From Alphaproteobacteria bacterium (lineage in GTDB: Bacteria > Pseudomonadota > Alphaproteobacteria > MPNO01), in the NCBI GenBank assembly GCA_965248835.1, contig CBDFLJ010000002.1:1184001-1248000 (forward strand): a stretch of 64,000 bases of DNA, in the 5' to 3' direction. This document shows, piece by piece, positions 56,235-64,000 of the stretch (positions are counted from its first letter, which is position 1; every line of letters starts with the position of its first letter). A program made the translations under genes and the position numbers. The notes beneath the pieces were generated by a model. That model saw only the letters and a list, made by a program, of their open reading frames with translations. It was not told the origin of the DNA and did no database searches.

Positions 56235-58076
56235 TCAGGCGTCGAGCCCGGCATCGGCGGCGAATTCCGCCGCGTCGATCGCTTGTTGCTGGCGCGCCCA
56301 CATGCTGGCGTAGAAGCCGCGCTTGGCGAGGAGGGCCGCATGCGTGCCGCGCTCGACGATGCGGCCCTGGTCGAGCACCAGGATCTCGTGTGCATCGATG
56401 ACCGTGGACAGGCGGTGGGCGATGACCAGCGTGGTGCGGTCCCTGGAAACGTCTTTGAGGGCGGCCTGGATTTCGCGCTCGGTCCTGGTGTCGAGCGCCG
56501 ATGTCGCCTCGTCGAACAACAGGATCCGCGGCCGCTTGAGGATCGTGCGCGCGATCGCCACCCGCTGCTTCTCACCGCCGGACAGCTTGAGCCCGCGCTC
56601 GCCGACCATCGTCGCGTAGCCGTCGGGCGTGGCTTCGATGAAACCGCTGATCGCGGCCATCTGCGCGGCTTCGACGACCTCCTGCTCGGATGCGCCCGGC
56701 CGGCCGTAGGCGATGTTGTAATGGACGGTGTCGTTGAACAGCACGGTGTCCTGCGGGACGATCCCGATCGCCGCGCGCACGCTGTCCTGGGTGATATCGC
56801 GGATGTCCTGGCCGTCGATCCGGATCGCACCCGAATCGATGTCGTAGAACCGGAACAGGAGGCGCGCGATGGTCGATTTGCCGGCCCCGCTCGGCCCGAC
56901 GATCGCCACCCGCTTGCCGGCCGGCACTTTCAGCGAGACGTCCTTGAGGATCGGTCGGCGCGGGTCGTAGGCGAAATCGACGTTTTCGAACACCACCTCG
57001 CCGGGCCCCTCGGCCAACGGCATGGCGCCCGCCCGGTCCTCGATCTCCGCGTCGATCCGCAGCAGGTGGAACATCGCCTCCATGTCGGTCAGCGACTGCT
57101 TGATCTCGCGGTAGACGAAGCCGAGGAAGTTGAGCGGCATGTAGAGCTGGATCATGTAGGTGTTGACCATCACGAAATCGCCCACGGTCATCCGGCCTTC
57201 GGCGACGCCGAATCCGGCCATCAACATCACCGAGGTCAGGCCGCAGCCGACGATCAGCGCCTGGCCGATGTTGAGAAGCGACAGCGAGGCGTTGGAGACC
57301 ACCGCCGCGCGCTCGTGGCGCTCCAACGCGTTGTCGAATCGGCTTGCTTCGTATGATTCGTTGCCGAAATACTTGACCGTTTCGTAATTCAGCAGAGAGT
57401 CGATGGCGCGGGTGCTGGCCTCCTGATCGGTCTCGTTCATGCGCCGGCGGTATTTGAGCCGCCATTCGGTGACCGCCATCGTGTAGGCGATGAAGCCGAA
57501 GATGGTGGTCAAGGTCACCAGCGCGAACCAGATGTTGAACAGGGCCCACAGGATCGCGCACACCATGGCGATCTCGAGCAGCGTCGGCAGGATGTTGAAC
57601 AGCGTGAACCGAAGCAGGAAATCGATCCCCTTGGTGCCCCGCTCGATCGCCCGGGAGAGTCCGCCGGTCTGGCGTTCGAGATGAAACCGCAGCGCCAGCC
57701 GGTGAAGGTGCTCGAAGGTCTTCAGCGCGACCCCGCGGATCGCGCGCTGGCCGACCTTGGCGAAGATCGCATCGCGCAGCTCGGCAAACGCGATCGACAG
57801 GATCCGTGCGACGCCGTAGCCGATGATCACGCCCACCGGCACGACGACCAGCGCGCCGCCTTCACCGCCCAGCCGGTCGACAGCGTCCCTGTAGAGCACC
57901 GGGACGTAGACGATCGCGACCTTGGCCGTGGCGAGGAACGCCAGCGCCAGGACCACCCGGACCTTGGTCTCGACCTCGCCCTTGGGCCACAGATAGGGCG
58001 CAAGGTCAGACAGCGCGCTCCATTCGAAACCGCCGTCCTTGCGGCGGCCGCCCGGCGTTCGATCTTCGGAACTCAT
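56235..58076 (-). CDS. ABC transporter ATM1/HMT1-type fused permease-ATPase
   Basis: FHLERQTGG, DSLLNYETVKYF, GPSGAGKST, VPQDTVLFNDT, LSGGEKQR and DEATSALD motifs. Confidence 0.93.
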   Translation of the reverse strand: MSSEDRTPGGRRKDGGFEWSALSDLAPYLWPKGEVETKVRVVLALAFLATAKVAIVYVPVLYRDAVDRLGGEGGALVVVPVGVIIGYGVARILSIAFAELRDAIFAKVGQRAIRGVALKTFEHLHRLALRFHLERQTGGLSRAIERGTKGIDFLLRFTLFNILPTLLEIAMVCAILWALFNIWFALVTLTTIFGFIAYTMAVTEWRLKYRRRMNETDQEASTRAIDSLLNYETVKYFGNESYEASRFDNALERHERAAVVSNASLSLLNIGQALIVGCGLTSVMLMAGFGVAEGRMTVGDFVMVNTYMIQLYMPLNFLGFVYREIKQSLTDMEAMFHLLRIDAEIEDRAGAMPLAEGPGEVVFENVDFAYDPRRPILKDVSLKVPAGKRVAIVGPSGAGKSTIARLLFRFYDIDSGAIRIDGQDIRDITQDSVRAAIGIVPQDTVLFNDTVHYNIAYGRPGASEQEVVEAAQMAAISGFIEATPDGYATMVGERGLKLSGGEKQRVAIARTILKRPRILLFDEATSALDTRTEREIQAALKDVSRDRTTLVIAHRLSTVIDAHEILVLDQGRIVERGTHAALLAKRGFYASMWARQQQAIDAAEFAADAGLDA

Positions 58077-58157
58077 GGTATCGTGGATGCCTTATCGGTT
58101 TGGGTTCATATAAGACTGCGCCTGCGGGCTGGCCAGCGGCGCGCCTGAGGGCCGGCC

Positions 58158-58949
58158 GTGTTTGCGGTTTCGAAGATATTCTGGTGGGTGTTTCAGCCGG
58201 CGAATCTGCTGCTGATCTGTCTCGTCTTCTTCGCCTTGCTGTCCTATGTGCCGGGCTGCCGCCGCTTCGGCCGGTCGGGAATCGCGGTCGCGACGTTCTG
58301 CGCTGTGCTGATCTCGGTGCTGCCCATCGGGACCTGGCTGCTGCGCCCGCTCGAGAACCGGTTTCCCGCCATCGATGCGCTGCCCGAGCATGTGACCGGC
58401 ATGATCTCGGTTGGCGGCGCGATCGATTCCCTCACGACCGTCGAGCGCGGCCAAGTCGCCCTGATCGACGGGGCGGAACGGTTGACCAGCTTCGTCGCGC
58501 TGAGCCGGCGCTATCCCGGGCTACGGCTGGTCTTTTGCGGCGGGTCGGGCTCGCTGCTCCGCCCGGACCTCAAGGAAGCGACGCTCGCCAAGCGGTTTTT
58601 CGCCGAGATGGGTCTCGATCCCGCGCGTGTGAGCTTCGAGGCAAGGTCGCGGAACACCTACGAGAATGCGTTCAACACCGCATCCTTGCTGCGCCCCTGG
58701 GAGGGTAGCCAGCTATGGGTGCTGATCACATCGGCCTCCCACATGCCGCGCACGGTCGGCGTCTTTCGCAAGGCCGGATTCACGGTTCTTCCATATCCGG
58801 TCGATTATGCGACCGGCACCCGGACCGCCGACTACGCCGCCGGGCTGCATGACGGGCTCGATTTGCTCAGCAGCGGGATCTACGAGTGGCTGGGGCTGAT
58901 TGCCTATCGGATTCTCGGCCGGACCGATGCGTTGTTTCCGGGGCTGTAA
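58158..58949 (+). CDS. YdcF/DUF218 (ElyC-like) protein
   Basis: N-terminal transmembrane helices; LE.RFP, GGSG, E..SRNT.ENA and ITSA.HMPR motifs. Confidence 0.88.
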   Translation: MFAVSKIFWWVFQPANLLLICLVFFALLSYVPGCRRFGRSGIAVATFCAVLISVLPIGTWLLRPLENRFPAIDALPEHVTGMISVGGAIDSLTTVERGQVALIDGAERLTSFVALSRRYPGLRLVFCGGSGSLLRPDLKEATLAKRFFAEMGLDPARVSFEARSRNTYENAFNTASLLRPWEGSQLWVLITSASHMPRTVGVFRKAGFTVLPYPVDYATGTRTADYAAGLHDGLDLLSSGIYEWLGLIAYRILGRTDALFPGL

Positions 58950-59038
58950 GGTCGATCGCCCGCATTGCATCCAGTTCCGATCCTGTGGCACTAACGCCGG
59001 ATCGAGCGTCGCGTCAGTCACAGCCGGAGGGACCGCCA

Positions 59039-60025
59039 ATGTCGAGATTCATTGCCCGCCGCGGCGTCATAGCCTGCGTCATCGTTGCCGTGGCGGTGAG
59101 CGCGCCCGCCGCCGGCGCGCCGGCCGGGCAGGACTTCGAGTCCTTCCTTGAAGGCGTCCGCGTCGAGGCGCGCGCGCGCGGCCTGAAGGAGGAGACCATC
59201 GTTTCGGCCCTGAGCGATGTCCGCCCGGTCACTCGAGTGGTCGAGCTCGACCGCAGGCAGCCGGAATTCACCTTGACGATCGACCAGTACATGTCACGGG
59301 TGGTCTCCAAGGCTCGGGTGGAGAAGGGCAGGGCCCGGCTTGCCAGGCACGCCACCCTGCTGCGACAGGTCGCCGCCAAGTTCCGGGTCCAGCCGCGCTT
59401 CATCGTCGCGCTCTGGGGCATCGAGACCGATTTCGGCCGGCTCAAGGGCAGCTTCCCGGTGATCGCCTCGCTGGCGACCCTGGCCCACGATGGACGCCGG
59501 TCGGCCTATTTCCGCAAGGAGCTGTTCAATGCGCTGACGATCATCGACCAGGGCCATATCACGGCCGCGGAGATGATCGGATCATGGGCCGGCGCGATGG
59601 GCCAGAACCAGTTCATGCCCTCTTCGTTCCTGCGCTTCGCCGTCGATTACGACGGCGACGGCAGGCGGGACATCTGGACCAGCCAGGAGGATGTCTTCGC
59701 CTCGACCGCCAATTACCTCGCCCGGGTCGGCTGGCGCGACGACCAGACATGGGGACGGCGCATACGGCTCCCGCCGAATTTCGATGCCGCGCTGCTCGGC
59801 CTGAAGATCCGCAAGGGCCTCGTTGAATGGCAGAAGCTCGGCGTGCGGCGCCATGACGGCAGCGACCTGCCGACGCGCAACCTGAGCGCGTCGATCATCC
59901 GCCACGGCGAGACCGGACCGGCCTATGTCGTCTACAACAACTACCGCGCGATCCTGAAGTGGAACCGGGCGCATTTCTTTGCGACCGCGGTCGGCAGCCT
60001 TGCAGATCGGATCGCCGGCGGTTAG
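59039..60025 (+). CDS. mltB: Lytic murein transglycosylase (MltB family)
   Basis: DR.QPEF, WGIET.FG, GSWAGAMGQ.QFMPSS, D.DGDG..DIW and N...I.KWN motifs. Confidence 0.88.
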   Translation: MSRFIARRGVIACVIVAVAVSAPAAGAPAGQDFESFLEGVRVEARARGLKEETIVSALSDVRPVTRVVELDRRQPEFTLTIDQYMSRVVSKARVEKGRARLARHATLLRQVAAKFRVQPRFIVALWGIETDFGRLKGSFPVIASLATLAHDGRRSAYFRKELFNALTIIDQGHITAAEMIGSWAGAMGQNQFMPSSFLRFAVDYDGDGRRDIWTSQEDVFASTANYLARVGWRDDQTWGRRIRLPPNFDAALLGLKIRKGLVEWQKLGVRRHDGSDLPTRNLSASIIRHGETGPAYVVYNNYRAILKWNRAHFFATAVGSLADRIAGG

Positions 60026-60038
60026 TGTCCCCGGCCGA

Positions 60039-60983
60039 ATGGATGCCGTGGCTTCGAGATCGCGAACCCTTGCCGATATCATTCGGCGCCGGCCGCTCCT
60101 GGCCGCCGCCGCCATAGCTTCGCTCGTGATCCTGGGCTCGTGCGCGGCACCGGACCGCCGCCCCGGCGCACCGCCCGGCGCGCGGACCGGCGGCCAGTAC
60201 AAGATCGGTCTGCCCTACCGGATCAACGGGACCACTTACCGCCCAGCGGTCGACTACGACTATGTCGAAACCGGGATCGCGTCCTGGTACGGTCGGAAAT
60301 TCCATGGCCGCGCGACCGCCAACGGCGAAATCTTCGACATGAACGCGGTCAGCGCCGCGCATCGCACCCTGCCGCTGCCCAGCATCGTCCGGGTGACGAA
60401 CCTGAAGAACGGACGCTCGATCGTGGTGCGGGTGAACGACCGCGGCCCGTTCGTCAAGTCGCGGATCATCGATCTGTCGCGCCGCGCGGCCCAGGTCCTG
60501 GGCTTCAGGGCCAAGGGGTTGGCCCGGGTCAGGGTGGAGATCATGGCCGAGCAAAGCCGCCGGGCGGCGGCGATCGCAATGGGCGGGGTGCCGCCTGGGC
60601 CGGTGATGGACGCGCGCCGAACGCCGCTGCCCAATGACTTGGCGATCGTCCGCGATCCCAAGCCGGTGCGGGTCGCTTTCATTGACGCCTCACCGCTGCC
60701 GGCAACGAAACGGCCCGCGCGGCCCGGGCCTGCACCCGCGGCATCGGGCGAGAGGGCAAAGCGCTACTATGTCCAGGCCGGCGCCTTCCGGGACTATGCC
60801 AATGCGGTCAGGCTCCAATCCTGGCTTGCCTCGATGGGCGAGGCGGCGATCGTGCCATCGAGCGCGGATGCGCCGATTTACCGGGTGCGCTTCGGACCTT
60901 ACGCCGATCCCGCCGATGCCAGAGGGTTGTTGAGCGCCATCGTTGCCAGGGGTCGACCGGATGCCCGAGTCGTTTCCGATTGA
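60039..60983 (+). CDS. rlpA: Septal ring lytic transglycosylase RlpA family lipoprotein with SPOR domain
   Basis: Lipobox LGSC; GIASWYG, TANGE, AAHRTLPLPS, VRVNDRGPF and IIDLS motifs; C-terminal VQAGAF. Confidence 0.92.
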   Translation: MDAVASRSRTLADIIRRRPLLAAAAIASLVILGSCAAPDRRPGAPPGARTGGQYKIGLPYRINGTTYRPAVDYDYVETGIASWYGRKFHGRATANGEIFDMNAVSAAHRTLPLPSIVRVTNLKNGRSIVVRVNDRGPFVKSRIIDLSRRAAQVLGFRAKGLARVRVEIMAEQSRRAAAIAMGGVPPGPVMDARRTPLPNDLAIVRDPKPVRVAFIDASPLPATKRPARPGPAPAASGERAKRYYVQAGAFRDYANAVRLQSWLASMGEAAIVPSSADAPIYRVRFGPYADPADARGLLSAIVARGRPDARVVSD

Positions 60984-61004
60984 CTCAATGATTCGCCGCC
61001 GCGT

Positions 61005-61643
61005 GTGAGACCGGGCCGGTTCATCACCTTCGAAGGCGGCGAGGGGGCGGGGAAGTCGACCCAGGCCGCCTATCTCGCCCGGGCTCTGCGCGCACGCGGA
61101 CACGCGATCCTTGCCACCAGGGAGCCGGGCGGGACGCCGGGCGCCGAGCGCATCCGCGCACTGATGCTCGAAGACGCCGGATACGCCTGGGATCCGCTCT
61201 CCGAGGCGCTGATGCATTTCGCCGCGCGTCGTGAGCATGTCGAGAAGACCATCCGGCCGGCTCTGGCCGAGGGCAGGTGGGTGATTTCCGACCGCTTCGC
61301 CGATTCGACCCTAGCCTATCAGGGATACGGCGCCGGCGGGCCGATCGAGGCCATCCGGGCGATCGAACCCGCGACGCTGGGCGCGTTCCGTCCGGACCTG
61401 ACGGTAATCCTCGATCTCGACGCGGCCGCGGGGCTGGCGCGTGCCCGCGCGCGCGCGCCGGCCGGCGATCGCTACGAGAAGCAGCCGCTCGCCTTTCACC
61501 AGCGCCTTCGCGAGGGCTTCCGCGCGATCGCAAAGAACGCCCCCGAGCGCTGCGTGGTGATCGACGCCGGCCGGGACGAAGCCGCGATCGCAGCCGCCGT
61601 CCTCGAGGCGGTCGATCGGCGGTTGCCGGAAGCGGTCCAGTGA
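61005..61643 (+). CDS. tmk: Thymidylate kinase
   Basis: FITFEGGEGAGKSTQ, REPGG and DRF.DST.AYQG motifs. Confidence 0.96.
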   Translation: MRPGRFITFEGGEGAGKSTQAAYLARALRARGHAILATREPGGTPGAERIRALMLEDAGYAWDPLSEALMHFAARREHVEKTIRPALAEGRWVISDRFADSTLAYQGYGAGGPIEAIRAIEPATLGAFRPDLTVILDLDAAAGLARARARAPAGDRYEKQPLAFHQRLREGFRAIAKNAPERCVVIDAGRDEAAIAAAVLEAVDRRLPEAVQ

Positions 61644-62707
61644 ACGCCCTGCCGGCACCGCGCGAGAACCCCGACCTGGTGGGTCAGGAGGCCGCCGAAA
61701 AGGTCTTTTTCGACAGATGGCGGTCGGGCCGGCTGGCCCATGCATGGCTGATCACCGGGCCCGCCGGCATCGGCAAGGCGACGCTGGCCTACCGGATCGC
61801 GCGCTTCCTGCTGGCGGACGGCGAGGGCACGCAGGGCGGACCGCTCGCCATACCGACCGACCACCCGGTGTTTCACCGTGTCGCCTCGGGCGGGCATGTC
61901 GATCTGATGGTGCTCTCACGCGAGGCGGGGCAGGGCGGCGACGGCCCGCGCACCGTCATCGGCGTCGATGCGGTGCGCGCCGCGGGCCGGTTTCTCTCTC
62001 TGACCGCCGGTCAGTCCCGTTGGCGCGTGGTCATCCTCGACAGCGCCGACGAGCTCAATGCCAACGGTGCCAACGCGCTCTTGAAGGTTCTCGAAGAACC
62101 CCCGGCCAATACCGTGATCCTGCTGGTCTGCCACGTTCCCGGGCGGCTGCCGGCAACGGTACGCTCGCGCTGCTGCCGGCTGAAGCTGGGCCGGCTTGCC
62201 GAGCCGGAGATGCGGGCGCTGATCGAGAAGATGCTGGCGGAGGTTGATGCCGACGACCGCGAGGGCCTGCTCGCCCTTGCCGACGGCAGTATCGGCCGGG
62301 CGCTCGCCTTGGTCGAGGCGCGGGGTCTGGAGCTGTTCCGCGAGGTGATAGGGCTTCTTGCCGGCCTTCCCGCTCTCGACGTGCCGGCGCTGCACAGCTT
62401 CGGCGACCGGCTGGCCAGGCGCGACGCGGAAGCGGCCTGGCGGACGGCGATGCATCTGTGGCTGTGGTGGCTTGCCCGAATCGTCCGGGCCGGGACGACC
62501 TCGTCCGGCGCGCTTGCCGGCGGCGAGATCATTCCCGGCGAGGCCGAGATCGCCCAGGCGGTGATCCGGCGCGCCGGGGTTGAAAGGCTGGTGGAGGTGT
62601 GGGAGAAGAGCGCCGCACTCATCGCCCAGGCCGACCGCGTGAACCTCGATCGCAAGCAGGTCGTGATTGGCGCCTTTCACCAGCTCCAGACCGCGATGCG
62701 GAGCTGA
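61640..62707 (+). CDS. holB: DNA polymerase III subunit delta'
   Basis: HAWLI.GP.GIGKAT, ANALLK.LEEPP and LP.T.RSRC motifs. GTGA overlap with tmk. Confidence 0.94.
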   Translation: MNALPAPRENPDLVGQEAAEKVFFDRWRSGRLAHAWLITGPAGIGKATLAYRIARFLLADGEGTQGGPLAIPTDHPVFHRVASGGHVDLMVLSREAGQGGDGPRTVIGVDAVRAAGRFLSLTAGQSRWRVVILDSADELNANGANALLKVLEEPPANTVILLVCHVPGRLPATVRSRCCRLKLGRLAEPEMRALIEKMLAEVDADDREGLLALADGSIGRALALVEARGLELFREVIGLLAGLPALDVPALHSFGDRLARRDAEAAWRTAMHLWLWWLARIVRAGTTSSGALAGGEIIPGEAEIAQAVIRRAGVERLVEVWEKSAALIAQADRVNLDRKQVVIGAFHQLQTAMRS

Positions 62708-62745
62708 CAGGCCTTGGCGCTGACCAGCCATCCCGGAGAGCGTGC

Positions 62746-64000
62746 ATGCTCGGCGACAAGCGCTACTACCTGACGACGCCGATCTACTACGTCAACGACG
62801 CGCCGCATATCGGCCACGCCTACACCACGCTTGCCTGCGATGTGCTGGCCCGCTTCATGCGCCTGGACGGCTACGAGGTGTTCTTCCTGACCGGGACCGA
62901 CGAGCACGGCCAGAAGGTCGAGAAATCCGCCCAGGACGCGGGCATGGACCCGCAGGCCTTCACCGACAAGGTCTCGGAGAACTTCCGCAAGCTCGCCAAG
63001 GCGATGAATTTCTCCAACGACGCCTTCATCCGAACGACCGAGCCGCGCCATGCCGAGGCCTCGCAGGCGATCTGGCAGGCGCTGATGGATAACGGGCATA
63101 TCTATCTCGGCTCCTATGCCGGCTGGTATGCGGTGCGCGACGAGGCCTATTACGGCGAAGACGAGATCACCACCGACGAGGACGGGATTCGGCGCGCGGC
63201 ATCGGGCGCCGAGGTCGAATGGGTCGAGGAGCCGTCATACTTCTTCGACCTGTCCCAGTGGCAGGAACGTCTGTTGGCGTTCTACGAGGCCAATCCCGAC
63301 TCGATCGCGCCGCGCTCGCGCCGCAACGAGGTGATCAGCTTCGTCAAGGGCGGGCTCAACGACCTGTCGGTCTCGCGCACCAGCTTCAAATGGGGCGTCC
63401 CGGTGCCGGACGATCCGGACCACATCATGTATGTGTGGCTTGACGCGCTGACCAACTACGCGACCGCGGTAAGCTATCCGGATATGGCGGCCCCGGACTT
63501 CCAGAAATTCTGGCCGTGCGATCTCCACATGGTCGGCAAGGACATCCTGCGCTTTCATGCGGTCTACTGGCCGGCCTTCCTTATGGGGGCGGGGATCGAG
63601 CCGCCCAGGCGGGTCTTCGCCCATGGCTGGTGGACCAACGAAGGACGGAAAATCTCCAAGTCGCTCGGCAACGTGATCGATCCCTTCGCCATCATCGCAC
63701 ATTACGGCCTGGACCAGATCCGCTATTTCCTGATGCGCGAGGTCCCGTTCGGCAATGACGGCGATTTCTCGCATCGGGCGATCGTCAACCGCATCAACGG
63801 CGATCTTGCGAACGACCTGGGAAATCTGGTCCAGCGCGTCGCAGCAATGATCCAGCGCTATTTCGACGGCGCGATGCCGGCGCCCGGACCCTGGACGGAT
63901 GCCGACCGCGCGTTGCTCGACGCCGCGGCAGCGACGCTGGAAGCCAGCCGCGGACACATGCGCGATCAGGTCTTCCACCAGGCGCTGGAGGATCTCTGGA
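62746..64000 (+). CDS. metG: Methionyl-tRNA synthetase (runs off window end)
   Basis: Not in ORF track. Translation from ATG 62746 gives YYLTTPIYYVNDAPHIGHAY, TGTDEHGQK, YVWLDAL, GKDILRFH and KISKSLGN. Confidence 0.96.
   Translation, partial: MLGDKRYYLTTPIYYVNDAPHIGHAYTTLACDVLARFMRLDGYEVFFLTGTDEHGQKVEKSAQDAGMDPQAFTDKVSENFRKLAKAMNFSNDAFIRTTEPRHAEASQAIWQALMDNGHIYLGSYAGWYAVRDEAYYGEDEITTDEDGIRRAASGAEVEWVEEPSYFFDLSQWQERLLAFYEANPDSIAPRSRRNEVISFVKGGLNDLSVSRTSFKWGVPVPDDPDHIMYVWLDALTNYATAVSYPDMAAPDFQKFWPCDLHMVGKDILRFHAVYWPAFLMGAGIEPPRRVFAHGWWTNEGRKISKSLGNVIDPFAIIAHYGLDQIRYFLMREVPFGNDGDFSHRAIVNRINGDLANDLGNLVQRVAAMIQRYFDGAMPAPGPWTDADRALLDAAAATLEASRGHMRDQVFHQALEDLW

Noticed and set aside
1-64000. CRISPR arrays, tRNA/rRNA genes, IS elements, prophage or defence genes
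   Set aside because: No regularly spaced repeats, cloverleaf signatures, transposase, integrase or phage motifs were seen, and the intergenic gaps are too short for arrays. This was by eye only.

Overview
High-GC bacterial chromosome segment, most likely an alphaproteobacterium (Rhodospirillales-like). This is inferred from the mfd-sdhE/recG block, the mltB-rlpA-tmk-holB-metG block and the stand-alone ribA type. About 55 CDS are supported; I saw no tRNA, rRNA, CRISPR array or transposase. Two housekeeping blocks (14-22 kb and 56-64 kb) are interleaved with dense catabolic and transport clusters (LIV-type ABC, TRAP, MFS, CoA ligases, amidohydrolases, a Mo-hydroxylase, hydantoinase A/B), and no recognisable transcription-factor gene occurs in the window. 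Best candidates for undescribed biology: (1) two tandem cytoplasmic reductive-dehalogenase/QueG-fold proteins (predicted B12 plus 2x[4Fe-4S]) coupled to a PaaK-like CoA ligase (2813-6204); (2) an unannotated structured sRNA behind an AT-rich region with CtrA-like and GANTC motifs (about 6440-6570); (3) a Zn-ADH, SDR, SDR, MetE-fold operon resembling the epoxide:CoM pathway, whose MetE-fold gene lacks a canonical start codon (49404-53355); (4) NicX-like dioxygenase and Mo-hydroxylase/lactamase modules suggesting N-heterocycle catabolism. All assignments come from motif recognition by eye; no database searches were run.
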